Positions 19,598-29,097 of a DNA stretch of 56,688 nt are shown here, piece after piece (positions within the stretch are counted from its first letter, which is position 1; every line of letters begins with the position of its first letter). The stretch comes from Candidatus Gottesmanbacteria bacterium. GTDB lineage: Bacteria > Patescibacteriota > Microgenomatia > UBA10105 > UBA927. Position numbers and translations under genes: made by a program. Location: positions 1-56,688 of the forward strand of contig JAZDOQ010000018.1 of assembly GCA_043798445.1 (NCBI GenBank), written 5' to 3'. A model generated the notes under the pieces. The model did no database searches. It was not told the origin of the DNA and saw only the letters and a list, made by a program, of their open reading frames with translations.

Positions 19598-20680
19598 TTA
19601 TGCCCCAATCTTAAACTCGACAACATCTCCGTCCTGCATGATGTATTCGCGACCTTCCTGACGCACCTTTCCCTGCTCTTTTGCTCCTTTCCATCCGGAA
19701 GCAGCAATAAAGTCAGCAAATGTTACACAATCAGCTTTAATAAATTTCTTTTCAAAATCCGTATGAATAACTCCTGCAGCTTGTGGCGCCTTTGTCCCCC
19801 GGATAATCGTCCATGCGCGGGCTTCAAGTACGCCCGTTGTCAAAAATGAAATGAGTCCCAGCATGTCGTATGTTTTTTGAATCAATCGATCAAGTCCTGA
19901 GGCAGTAAGACCAAGTGATGCAAGATAATCACGTTGTTCTTCGAGAGACAAACTCGCAAGTTCGCTCTCTGTTTTTGCACATATCACAATGGCATTTCCC
20001 AATTGTTTTACAATATCTTCCTCTGCAGTCACTTGCGCTTCTGATACATTCAACACAAAAAGAACGGGTTTCATTGAAAGAAGATGAAGATCATTGATTA
20101 ACGCTCGATCGTCTATATCTGTAATCATATCGCGGGCATTTTTTCCTGTATTTAATGTTTCACGAAGAAGTACAATCAACTCCCATTTCTTCTGTGTATC
20201 ACGATCTACTTTTCCACGGGGTTCTTGTTGTTTCTCTAAAGTCTGCAAGTCGGCTAAAATGAGCTCTGTTTCAATGATATCCCTGTCACGTAAAGGATTC
20301 ACATCACCCGCAAGATTTACAACAGTTGAGTCTTCAAAATACCGAACCACATGACAGATAATATCGGTTTCCCGAATGTGAGAAAGAAATTTATTTCCTA
20401 ATCCTTCTCCCTGTGACGCACCTTTTACCAATCCTGCAATATCAACAAACTCAACAATAGCTGGAACAACTGGCGGAAGTTTATCCATTTTCTCTTCAAC
20501 TTTTGTTACCTCTGCAAGAGAAGGTAAACGAGAGTCAGGAACAGGAACAACGCCAACATTTGGTTCAATCGTACAAAATGGATAGGCAGCTACATCAGCA
20601 ACCTGTTTTTTAAGAAGCGCGTTAAACAACGTGCTTTTTCCTGCATTCGGAAGACCGACAATACCTATGCGTAAATTCAT
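19598..20680 (-). CDS. ychF: Ribosome-binding ATPase YchF
   Basis: [40 protein letters not shown]. Confidence 0.97.
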   Translation of the reverse strand: MNLRIGIVGLPNAGKSTLFNALLKKQVADVAAYPFCTIEPNVGVVPVPDSRLPSLAEVTKVEEKMDKLPPVVPAIVEFVDIAGLVKGASQGEGLGNKFLSHIRETDIICHVVRYFEDSTVVNLAGDVNPLRDRDIIETELILADLQTLEKQQEPRGKVDRDTQKKWELIVLLRETLNTGKNARDMITDIDDRALINDLHLLSMKPVLFVLNVSEAQVTAEEDIVKQLGNAIVICAKTESELASLSLEEQRDYLASLGLTASGLDRLIQKTYDMLGLISFLTTGVLEARAWTIIRGTKAPQAAGVIHTDFEKKFIKADCVTFADFIAASGWKGAKEQGKVRQEGREYIMQDGDVVEFKIGA

Positions 20681-20743
20681 GAGTGCATTATCCCACAAAA
20701 TGGGAAAAGCGTCATTATTTAAAGAGTGTGCTACCATACACAT

Positions 20744-21391
20744 ATGAAGAAACGTTTTCCGCCCGGCGTACTCCTACTCCTTCTCGCATCTCTTCTTGCA
20801 AACGTTTTTTTCGTCACGAAATCCTTCCCAAACTATGTGGTAAGCAGTGTCATTGACGGTGACACTTTTATTCTCAAAAGCGGAGAACGGATTCGTCTTT
20901 TAGGTGTAAACGCTCCTGAGATTGGCAGATGCGGAAGTGAACAGGCAAAAACACTCTTAACTTTTCTTATTCTCAATAAACCAGTACTAATTACAGAAAC
21001 AACACGAGACTACTATGGACGACGCATGGGACTTGTGTATACAGGAACGACTCTCGTCAATACTAAAATCATTTCTCAAGGTTGGGCCCGCCCTGACTAC
21101 ACCAAAAACTCAAAAAACGAAAACATGAAACAAGCATATAGGGAAGCAAAAGAAAAAAAACGAGGAATCAATGGGGAGTTATGTAAGAAAATAAATCCTA
21201 TACCGAAAGATCCGGCATGTGCCATCAAAGGAAATATCGATAATTCAACAGGAACTCATTTCTATCATTTCCCCTCCTGCCGCCACTATAACCAAATCGT
21301 CCTTGATGAAGATATCGGAGAACAATTCTTTTGCAGTGAACAGGAAGCAAAAGACGCTGGATTTATTCTTGCATCGGATTGTTTGAGATAA
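20744..21391 (+). CDS. Membrane-anchored thermonuclease (SNase) with Cys-rich C-terminal domain
   Basis: VIDGDT, IRLLGVNAPE, DYYGR; C-terminal CAIKGNI..YH..C..FCSEQEA..AG. Confidence 0.9.
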   Translation: MKKRFPPGVLLLLLASLLANVFFVTKSFPNYVVSSVIDGDTFILKSGERIRLLGVNAPEIGRCGSEQAKTLLTFLILNKPVLITETTRDYYGRRMGLVYTGTTLVNTKIISQGWARPDYTKNSKNENMKQAYREAKEKKRGINGELCKKINPIPKDPACAIKGNIDNSTGTHFYHFPSCRHYNQIVLDEDIGEQFFCSEQEAKDAGFILASDCLR

Positions 21392-21458
21392 ACAAGAAAT
21401 ATACCTGTGAAAACACTTTGAGATTTACTTGTTTATTTTCTTCACTGTTAAGTTAACA

Positions 21459-22241
21459 TCACCCCAATATTTTTATGCCTACTTCATTGAGTCTGAAGAC
21501 AATGAATCCGACAAAACAGACAAATTTGTACACGCCGCGAAGTGCAATATGAAATCCACGTTTTGCTGTCCGTTTATGAAGTAACTGATCTTCTGCACTT
21601 GCCTGTTTTGCCTGGTTTATACAAGAAATAACATGTTTTCGTAACGTTATTGTTTCTTTTCTTACAAACACACGATTTGCACTCGTTCCTTTTATATACA
21701 GTGGTTCTCCAAACACAACGGTATACCACCCATATCGGTACCAGGTAACCACAAGCGATTGATTCTTAATCATTGTTTTCCGTTTCCAGATTTTATTCTG
21801 GTCAAGATGAATGCCGATTGGAATAATCGGTGCCCCCGTTTCAAGAGATAATCTGACAGCTCCGGTATGAAATTTTCTCAAATTACAGGCTCCATAACTA
21901 ATTTCACCTTCAGCAAATAAAAGAAGTGATCGCCCCGCACGCAGTGTTTTCTTCGCCTGGGCATATACTTCATGTCCTCGTTCCGTCACGTTAATATGGC
22001 CTGCACGTCGAATTAATACGCCAAGAACCGGAATATGAAACACATGCCTGATGATAAGAATGGATACCCGCTCCCTCAGGATTCCTAAGAGATAAAATGG
22101 GTCAAGCGTATTTGGGTGGTTGACCACAAATATCTTCGGTCCCTGTGGCATATTTGTTGTTCTTCGCACCACAGTAATTAGAAACACTTTTGCATACACT
22201 ATTGATAATAGGTTCCCGATAACACAAAGAAGCGATCGCAT
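21459..22241 (-). CDS. PlsC-family lysophospholipid acyltransferase
   Basis: NHPNTLD (HxxxxD), FAEG, FHTGAV, PIIPIG. Confidence 0.85.
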   Translation of the reverse strand: MRSLLCVIGNLLSIVYAKVFLITVVRRTTNMPQGPKIFVVNHPNTLDPFYLLGILRERVSILIIRHVFHIPVLGVLIRRAGHINVTERGHEVYAQAKKTLRAGRSLLLFAEGEISYGACNLRKFHTGAVRLSLETGAPIIPIGIHLDQNKIWKRKTMIKNQSLVVTWYRYGWYTVVFGEPLYIKGTSANRVFVRKETITLRKHVISCINQAKQASAEDQLLHKRTAKRGFHIALRGVYKFVCFVGFIVFRLNEVGIKILG

Positions 22242-22339
22242 AATAATATATAAGTATATCAAGTATTCCTCATCCCCGCTTTCTAACTCATATCACATGA
22301 TATAATAAAAAAATTAGAGAATAATAAACGAACGCACCC

Positions 22340-23587
22340 ATGACTATTCCGCATGTTTTAAAAAATAAGCAATTCGTCAAACTCTGGATTTCACAGGCGT
22401 GTTCAATCATCAGTCTCAATTTACTCATCTACACCCTTATTCTTCGTCTTTTTGAACAAACCAATTCAACACTCGCAGCAACCTTTCTTTGGATAGCATA
22501 CAGTCTTCCAATCATCTTAAGCGGACCCTTTGCCGCAACTATCGTTGACCTTCTCAATAGAAAAAAGCTTCTTGTTGTATCGACTCTTCTTCTTGTTGGC
22601 GCTATGCTTTCCTTTCTTTTCGTTGGTTCACGGTTTTTCCTCTATTACGCACTTATATTTTGTTATTCATTCGTCAACCAATTCTATCTTCCTGCAGAGT
22701 CAGCAACCATGCCGTCGCTTGTGAAAACCGAAGATCTTCCGGAAGCAAACGGGTTTTTCTTGTTAAGCAAACAGGCGGGAATGCTTGTTGGGTTTGGCCT
22801 TGCCGGATTTTTTGCTAAATTTGTTGGTTTTCCAATCACCATCATTGTTGGTGCATCAGTGTTAGCAATTGCATTTTTAAGCGTTATGACACTACCGAAG
22901 CTTAACGGAAGAAAACCTGTTGATGTTGAAAAACAACTTGGAGAGTTTTTTTCCAAGGTCGTTGAAGGATATCAATATATAAAAAATAATAGAAGCATCC
23001 TCTACCCCGTCCTTCTCCTTTTAGGCGGAGAGATGACCATGACCATTGTTGCCGTCAATATTCCTGCCCTTGCAAAAAACGTATTTGGTATCGCAATTGA
23101 AGACGTTGCCCTGTTTATCGTCATTCCGGCGCTTCTTGGTGCAATGTTTGGTGTCACCATTGTTTCAAGACTCTTGAAGAAAAAACTCATCCGCAAAAAA
23201 ATTGCCATTCAGTATTCATTATTTACCATCGCCATAGCATTTTTTCTTCTTGCGATCGCTCCTGGACACCTATCGGAGACCATGCAGATCATCGTGCTCC
23301 CAGTGCTTGCCATCAGCATCGGGTTTGGATTTGTCGGCATACAGGTACCCTCTCAAACATTCATGCAGGAATCAACACCCAATGACATGATGGGCAGGCT
23401 TTGGGGAAATTTATGGTTTCTCATGACCATTGCTGCCATCATCCCCATGTTTCTTTCTGCATCAATTACCGAATTTCTTGGAGCTGATATCTTGTTTATT
23501 ATTCTCGCAATTGGTATGTTTATTGCTGCAATCTCTATTAAAAAGGTCAGTTTCGTATTAACCGCAACCGAGGTCCGCCCAAATTAA
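22340..23587 (+). CDS. MFS transporter
   Basis: About 12 TMs, F.KLW.SQ, D..NRKK, Q..TP..MMGR. Confidence 0.9.
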   Translation: MTIPHVLKNKQFVKLWISQACSIISLNLLIYTLILRLFEQTNSTLAATFLWIAYSLPIILSGPFAATIVDLLNRKKLLVVSTLLLVGAMLSFLFVGSRFFLYYALIFCYSFVNQFYLPAESATMPSLVKTEDLPEANGFFLLSKQAGMLVGFGLAGFFAKFVGFPITIIVGASVLAIAFLSVMTLPKLNGRKPVDVEKQLGEFFSKVVEGYQYIKNNRSILYPVLLLLGGEMTMTIVAVNIPALAKNVFGIAIEDVALFIVIPALLGAMFGVTIVSRLLKKKLIRKKIAIQYSLFTIAIAFFLLAIAPGHLSETMQIIVLPVLAISIGFGFVGIQVPSQTFMQESTPNDMMGRLWGNLWFLMTIAAIIPMFLSASITEFLGADILFIILAIGMFIAAISIKKVSFVLTATEVRPN

Positions 23588-23600
23588 CAAAGGAGAAACA

Positions 23601-24548
23601 ATGAAAGCACGACACCCGGAATACCAGTATCTCGGTCTCATGCAGGACATCATGAAACATGGGACCTGGAAAATATCCCATTCAACAGGAGTTAAACTCA
23701 AAAGCGTGTTCGGCAGGATCTGCAGGTACGATCTTTCCAAAGGATTTCCCATTCTTACCACCAAGAAAATGTTTACCCGCGGCATTATTCATGAACTCAT
23801 CTGGTTTTTGTCGGGATCAAGCAATATTAAATACTTGGTTGATAACAGCGTGCATATTTGGGACGACTGGGCATACAAAACATACAAACGATCAATGGAT
23901 GAAGGAAAAGTGCCACACATGGAAATGGATGCTTTCATGGAAAAATGCAAAGCGGAACCGAAATTTCTTGAGAAATGGGGAGAACTCGGTCCTGTGTATG
24001 GCGTCCAGTGGCGCAGGTGGCCAACAACTGACGGAAAATCTATCAACCAGCTGGGCTGGGCCATTGAAAAAATTAAAAAATACCCACAAAAGAAACATTA
24101 CATCGTTTCCGCATGGAATGCTGAATACATCTATGAAATGAGCGGATCACATGAAAAATCTATGGCAATAGCACCATGTCACACCATGTTTCACATAAAT
24201 ATTACCGGGAACAAGTTGTCACTGCTTCTTTACCAACGGAGTGCAGATTTGTTCTTAGGTGTTCCGTTTAACATTGCATCATACGCACTACTCACCATGA
24301 TGATTGCACAGGTAACAGGCTATGAGCCAGGAGAATTTGTACACGTATTTGGGGATGTTCATATTTATGAAAATCATTTCAAACAATGTCGGGAACAACT
24401 GAAACGGAAACCGAAAAAATTCCCAACACTTAAACTCAATCCGCTCGTCAAAACAATCGATGCATTCAAATTTGAAGACATCACGGTAGAAAACTACACC
24501 TATCACCCACCAATTAAGGGTGACATCACGGTTGTTGGAGGGTTTTAA
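23601..24548 (+). CDS. thyA: Thymidylate synthase
   Basis: ELIWFLSG, LGPVYG.QWR, PCH, YQRSADLFLGVPFN, HIY. Confidence 0.98.
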   Translation: MKARHPEYQYLGLMQDIMKHGTWKISHSTGVKLKSVFGRICRYDLSKGFPILTTKKMFTRGIIHELIWFLSGSSNIKYLVDNSVHIWDDWAYKTYKRSMDEGKVPHMEMDAFMEKCKAEPKFLEKWGELGPVYGVQWRRWPTTDGKSINQLGWAIEKIKKYPQKKHYIVSAWNAEYIYEMSGSHEKSMAIAPCHTMFHINITGNKLSLLLYQRSADLFLGVPFNIASYALLTMMIAQVTGYEPGEFVHVFGDVHIYENHFKQCREQLKRKPKKFPTLKLNPLVKTIDAFKFEDITVENYTYHPPIKGDITVVGGF

Positions 24549-24551
24549 AAC

Positions 24552-25034
24552 ATGATCAGCATCATCGCTGCAATTGGGCAAAACCGAGAGTTGGGGAAAA
24601 ACAACAAACTTCTCTGGGATATTCCTGAGGACATGGACCATTTTAGGTCTATAACACGTAGCCATGCAGTTATCATGGGCAGAAAAACCTATGAATCTAT
24701 CGGCCACGCACTTCCCAACCGTCCAAACATTGTTATCACAAGGGACTCAACATTCGCCACCCCCGATGGGTGTTTTATTGTCCACTCGCTTGATGAGGCA
24801 ATTGCCTTAGGAAAAACAAAAGAAGAGAAAGAACTGTTCATTATCGGCGGCGCAAATATTTATGAACAGGCAATTGATATTGGAGATAAGCTGTATCTTA
24901 CGATAGTCCATGCTAACTTTGATGCAGATACGTTTTTTCCGGAATACTCCCGATTCTCTAAGGTGATATCAACAAAAAACGGAGTCAGTAATGGCTATTC
25001 CTACACCTTCCTCGAACTCATTCCTTCTTTTTAA
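24552..25034 (+). CDS. folA: Dihydrofolate reductase
   Basis: W.IPED, IMGRKT, LPNRPN, IIGGA, DTFFP. Confidence 0.97.
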   Translation: MISIIAAIGQNRELGKNNKLLWDIPEDMDHFRSITRSHAVIMGRKTYESIGHALPNRPNIVITRDSTFATPDGCFIVHSLDEAIALGKTKEEKELFIIGGANIYEQAIDIGDKLYLTIVHANFDADTFFPEYSRFSKVISTKNGVSNGYSYTFLELIPSF

Positions 25035-25098
25035 CACCGCATTGTCTTATAGATTCAAAACAGATATACTTTTTTTAACCGATAAAGGAGCAAAACGT

Positions 25099-26349
25099 AT
25101 GAATATTAAAGACATACATGCACGCGAAATCCTTGATTCCAAAGGACATCCGACAGTAGAGGTCGATCTTACCCTTGAAAACGGTATGATAGCAACAGCT
25201 TCTGTCCCTTCTGGCGCATCAACCGGATCAACAGAGGCCGTTGAACTTCGTGATGGAGATACAGCACGATATTTTGGAAAAGGAGTACTGAAAGCAGTTG
25301 AGAATGTAAACACAACACTCAAACAAGTAGTTGTCGGGCAGGATGTCACAAACCAACGGAATATCGATAATCTCATGATTGCGACGGATGGAACCGAAAA
25401 CAAAGGAAAACTCGGCAGCAATACCATCGTTGCTGTTTCCATGGCAGCAGCGCGCGCCGCAGCGCTTTCCGAACACATTCCTTTATATACATATCTTGGC
25501 AATTTGATTGGAAATACAAATTTTGTTCTCCCACTTCCACAGATACTCATTCTTGAAGGTGGCAAACATGGAAACTGGTCTACTGACATCCAAGAATATG
25601 TTATCTTTCCGAATATAAACAAATTTCCAACGTTTAAAGAACGGCTACGTGTAGGAACTGAAATTTTTCATTCTCTTGGGCAGGTGCTTTCAGACAAGGG
25701 ATATGCGACAGGAGTTGGATATGAGGGCGCATATTGTCCAAAAGAAATGAAATCCAATGAAGAAGCGTTTCAGCTCATGATTGAGGCAACCGAAAAAGCC
25801 GGATACAAAATGGTGGATGAAATTCTTTTAGGCATTGATGGAGCTGCTTCAGAATTTTTTGATAATGGAACATACACCTTAAAAAGTGAGGGTGGCACAA
25901 AACTGACATCCCGTAAATGGTCCGAACGACTCATAGGTTGGACAAAAAAATATCCACTCTGGTCACTCGAGGACATATATGACGAAGAAGATTGGAGTGA
26001 GTGGACATATTTAACAAGTGTCATTGGTACTGATCATCAGATCATCGGCGATGATTTACTCACAACGAATGTGAAACGGATTCAAAAAGCAATCGATGAA
26101 AAAGCAATAAATAGTGTGCTCATTAAAGTCAATCAAATCGGCACGGTATCCGAGACACTTGATGCCATAGCACTTGCCCACAAAGCAGGATATACAACTG
26201 TCGTCTCCCACCGCGGTGGAGAAACCAATGACGACTTCATTGCAGATCTCGTTGTAGGAACATCCAAACAGAGTAAATTTGGCGGACCGGATCGCGGGGA
26301 ACGGATTGCAAAATATAATAGATTATTGCGTATTGAAGAAGAACTATGA
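25099..26349 (+). CDS. eno: Enolase (divergent)
   Basis: REILDS.G.PTVE, PSGASTG, GDDL, LIKVNQIG, ER.AKYN; SD AAGGAG upstream. Confidence 0.95.
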   Translation: MNIKDIHAREILDSKGHPTVEVDLTLENGMIATASVPSGASTGSTEAVELRDGDTARYFGKGVLKAVENVNTTLKQVVVGQDVTNQRNIDNLMIATDGTENKGKLGSNTIVAVSMAAARAAALSEHIPLYTYLGNLIGNTNFVLPLPQILILEGGKHGNWSTDIQEYVIFPNINKFPTFKERLRVGTEIFHSLGQVLSDKGYATGVGYEGAYCPKEMKSNEEAFQLMIEATEKAGYKMVDEILLGIDGAASEFFDNGTYTLKSEGGTKLTSRKWSERLIGWTKKYPLWSLEDIYDEEDWSEWTYLTSVIGTDHQIIGDDLLTTNVKRIQKAIDEKAINSVLIKVNQIGTVSETLDAIALAHKAGYTTVVSHRGGETNDDFIADLVVGTSKQSKFGGPDRGERIAKYNRLLRIEEEL

Positions 26350-27839
26350 ACAAGGTGTTGTTAATTATTCTTGACGGTTGGGGCTATCGGCAAACAACGA
26401 CTGGTAATGCGATTGCCCTTGCCAAAAAACCGACATTTGATCAGTTGTGGCGCACCTATCCTCACGCGATCGTCCCTGCTTCTGGTCTTGACGTAGGACT
26501 ACCAGAAGGGCAAATGGGAACGTCTGAGGTCAATCACATGGTGATTGGTTCCGGCCGCATCATTTACCAGGATTTAGTCAAGATAAACAAGGCAATTTCG
26601 GATGGTACATTTTTCAAAAATGAAGTACTGATTGCAGCAATGGAACACGCAAAGAAAAACAACAGCACACTTCATCTTGAAGGGCTCTTGGGCCCTGGAG
26701 GCGTGCATTCCTATCAAACACATTTTTACGCACTATTAACGCTTGCCAAACAAGTAGGAGTACAAAATGTATGCATTCATGTTTTTACTGATGGTCGAGA
26801 TACAGCACCAACAAGCGCCAAACAATATATCGAACAATTGGAACAGAAAATGAAGGAAATCGGTATTGGATATATTGGCAGTATTATCGGTCGATACTTT
26901 GCCATGGATCGGGATACAAATTGGGACCGAATCGAGAAGGCATGGCAACTTCTCATCAAAGGTGTGGGTCGCCAATACAACAGCGCAACCGAGGCAATTG
27001 ACGATGCATACAAACAAGGAGAAACCGATGAATTTGTGAACGCGTCCCTCATTGGTACAGCTTCAACAATCAAGGAGAATGACGCAGTAATATTTGTAAA
27101 CTTCCGAAGTGACCGCGCCGTCGAGCTCACCAAAAAAACACTTGATGCACATATACCAAACCTCTATTTCGTGGCCATGACGCAATACCGAGCAGAATTT
27201 AATTGCCCTATCGCCTTCCCTCCAGAAACTGTGACAAATACACTTGGTGAAATCCTCGGAAACAACAAAATAAAGGAGCTTCGTATCACCGAAACAGAGA
27301 AGTTCAATCACCTTACCTATTTCTTCAACTGCAAAAAACTGGATGCCTGCGAGGGAGAAGACCGGATTCTCCTTGATTCCTACTCAGATATCAAAACACA
27401 CGATGAACGGCCCGAAATGAGAACGCCTGATATTGCCAAGGAAATCCTTGAAGATATCGAAGGAAACAAACATCAACTTATAGTCACGAATTTGTGTAAC
27501 GCTGACATGGTTGGCCACACAGGAAACATCGATGCAGCAATCAAAGGAATCGAGGCAATCGATCAGGCACTTAGCGATCTCATACCGAGAGCGCTAGAGC
27601 ATGACTATTCTATCATTATTACCGCTGACCACGGGAACGCTGATGAGATGATTGATGAGAAAACAGGAGGGTCAATCACCAGCCATAGCACCAACCCGAT
27701 TCCCCTAATTCTCGTGAGTAATACCTATAAAACGATAACCAAAGAAGCTATATCACTAGCAGACATCGCACCGACAATCCTAGATATACTAGGAATTCCC
27801 AAGCCAGTTGAAATGACTGGAATTTCGTTTATTTCTTAA
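26346..27839 (+). CDS. gpmI: 2,3-BPG-independent phosphoglycerate mutase
   Basis: ILDGWG, GQMGTSEVNH, DGRD, GRYFAMDRD, DMVGHTG, TADHGN. Confidence 0.97.
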   Translation: MNKVLLIILDGWGYRQTTTGNAIALAKKPTFDQLWRTYPHAIVPASGLDVGLPEGQMGTSEVNHMVIGSGRIIYQDLVKINKAISDGTFFKNEVLIAAMEHAKKNNSTLHLEGLLGPGGVHSYQTHFYALLTLAKQVGVQNVCIHVFTDGRDTAPTSAKQYIEQLEQKMKEIGIGYIGSIIGRYFAMDRDTNWDRIEKAWQLLIKGVGRQYNSATEAIDDAYKQGETDEFVNASLIGTASTIKENDAVIFVNFRSDRAVELTKKTLDAHIPNLYFVAMTQYRAEFNCPIAFPPETVTNTLGEILGNNKIKELRITETEKFNHLTYFFNCKKLDACEGEDRILLDSYSDIKTHDERPEMRTPDIAKEILEDIEGNKHQLIVTNLCNADMVGHTGNIDAAIKGIEAIDQALSDLIPRALEHDYSIIITADHGNADEMIDEKTGGSITSHSTNPIPLILVSNTYKTITKEAISLADIAPTILDILGIPKPVEMTGISFIS

Positions 27840-27855
27840 GCTCCAACTTTTTTAG

Positions 27856-28992
27856 TTAATCTACAAATTCTTGCCAGTTGTTTTGATTGATTACTGCCAC
27901 AGTTGCGTTCGGATAGCTGGTTGTCCACGAATATGGAATTTTTACTGCTTTTTTCCCATATTTAAATTCAAAACCATGGAGCTCGCCTTCTATCTCCTCT
28001 ACCAAATCTATTTCTGCACCACTGGACAGACGCCAAAAATAGAATGAGAATATTTTTTGTGCATATCCCAATTTTTTCATCCGCTCAACAATCAAAAAAT
28101 TCTCCCACAATTTTCCTACATCATCACGACTGCTCAGTACGTTTAAATTTCCTATTATTGCGTTTCTCACTCCTATGTCATAAAAGTAGATTTTGTCCAT
28201 CTTCGTCACTTCTTTGCGTAAATTTCTACTGAATCCGGGCAATCGAAAAACGATAAAAGATTTTTCTAGTAAATCAATGTATCTATCCACTGTTGTCCGA
28301 CTCAATTCTAAGGAACTGCCTAATTCACTCAATGATACTTGATTACCAATTTGAAAAGCCAATAGTTTCAGAAGATCATGGATTTTGGAAGAATTTCTAA
28401 TATCGCCAAATTCTAACAAATCTTTGTAAAGGTACGCATCAACTAAATTTTGTAAGTATTTTGATTTCTCTAGCGTTCCTTCTAAAGAAAATATTTCCGG
28501 ATATGACCCATAAATCAATCTCTCTTCTATTTGTGTTTCCATTTCATACGGCGTTTTTGCACATCGCAGTTCTCCTTGAGATATGGGAAATAATTTATAG
28601 CTATAAATTCTTCCAGTAAGGGGTTCGCTAATTTTGCTTGCCAAATCAAGAGATGACGATCCTGTAACGATAACTTTTAATTTAGGAAAATTATCCAGAA
28701 GAATTTTTACGCTTAATCCAATTTCCGGTATACGTTGCGCCTCATCTATAAAGATTATGTCATAGCCGGAAACCAACAAAGAGAGCTTTGATAATTCCCT
28801 ACTGGTTAATAACTCCCACCATTCTCCTCTTTGGTCTCCGTTTAAAACCAACGTTTTTAATTGAAATTCACTCAACAAATCGTTGACAAGCGTCGTTTTT
28901 CCAACCTGTCTAGGACCATAAATTACCAATCCTTTATTTGTTTTTGTTACCTCGTTTTTAAGAATAGAAAGCAAGCTTCGTTGTATTTTCAT
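27856..28992 (-). CDS. AAA_14 ATPase with DUF4143 C-terminal PD-(D/E)XK-like domain
   Basis: GPRQVGKT, IDEAQ, TGSS, LTGR, YGSYP, K.YFYD.G, EIDL..FEFK; lower GC than flanks. Confidence 0.9.
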   Translation of the reverse strand: MKIQRSLLSILKNEVTKTNKGLVIYGPRQVGKTTLVNDLLSEFQLKTLVLNGDQRGEWWELLTSRELSKLSLLVSGYDIIFIDEAQRIPEIGLSVKILLDNFPKLKVIVTGSSSLDLASKISEPLTGRIYSYKLFPISQGELRCAKTPYEMETQIEERLIYGSYPEIFSLEGTLEKSKYLQNLVDAYLYKDLLEFGDIRNSSKIHDLLKLLAFQIGNQVSLSELGSSLELSRTTVDRYIDLLEKSFIVFRLPGFSRNLRKEVTKMDKIYFYDIGVRNAIIGNLNVLSSRDDVGKLWENFLIVERMKKLGYAQKIFSFYFWRLSSGAEIDLVEEIEGELHGFEFKYGKKAVKIPYSWTTSYPNATVAVINQNNWQEFVD

Positions 28993-29097
28993 ATCATTAT
29001 AATAACAGGCATTGATCTCATTGTCAACTGTAAAAGGGCCATTTCGGACAGCATAGTAGCAGAAATAAAGCTATTGAGGCTATGAAGACTACATCCT

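Noticed and set aside
27856-28992. AAA-DUF4143 gene as a novel defence system
   Set aside because: A common stand-alone family with no partner genes; only the lower GC hints at acquisition
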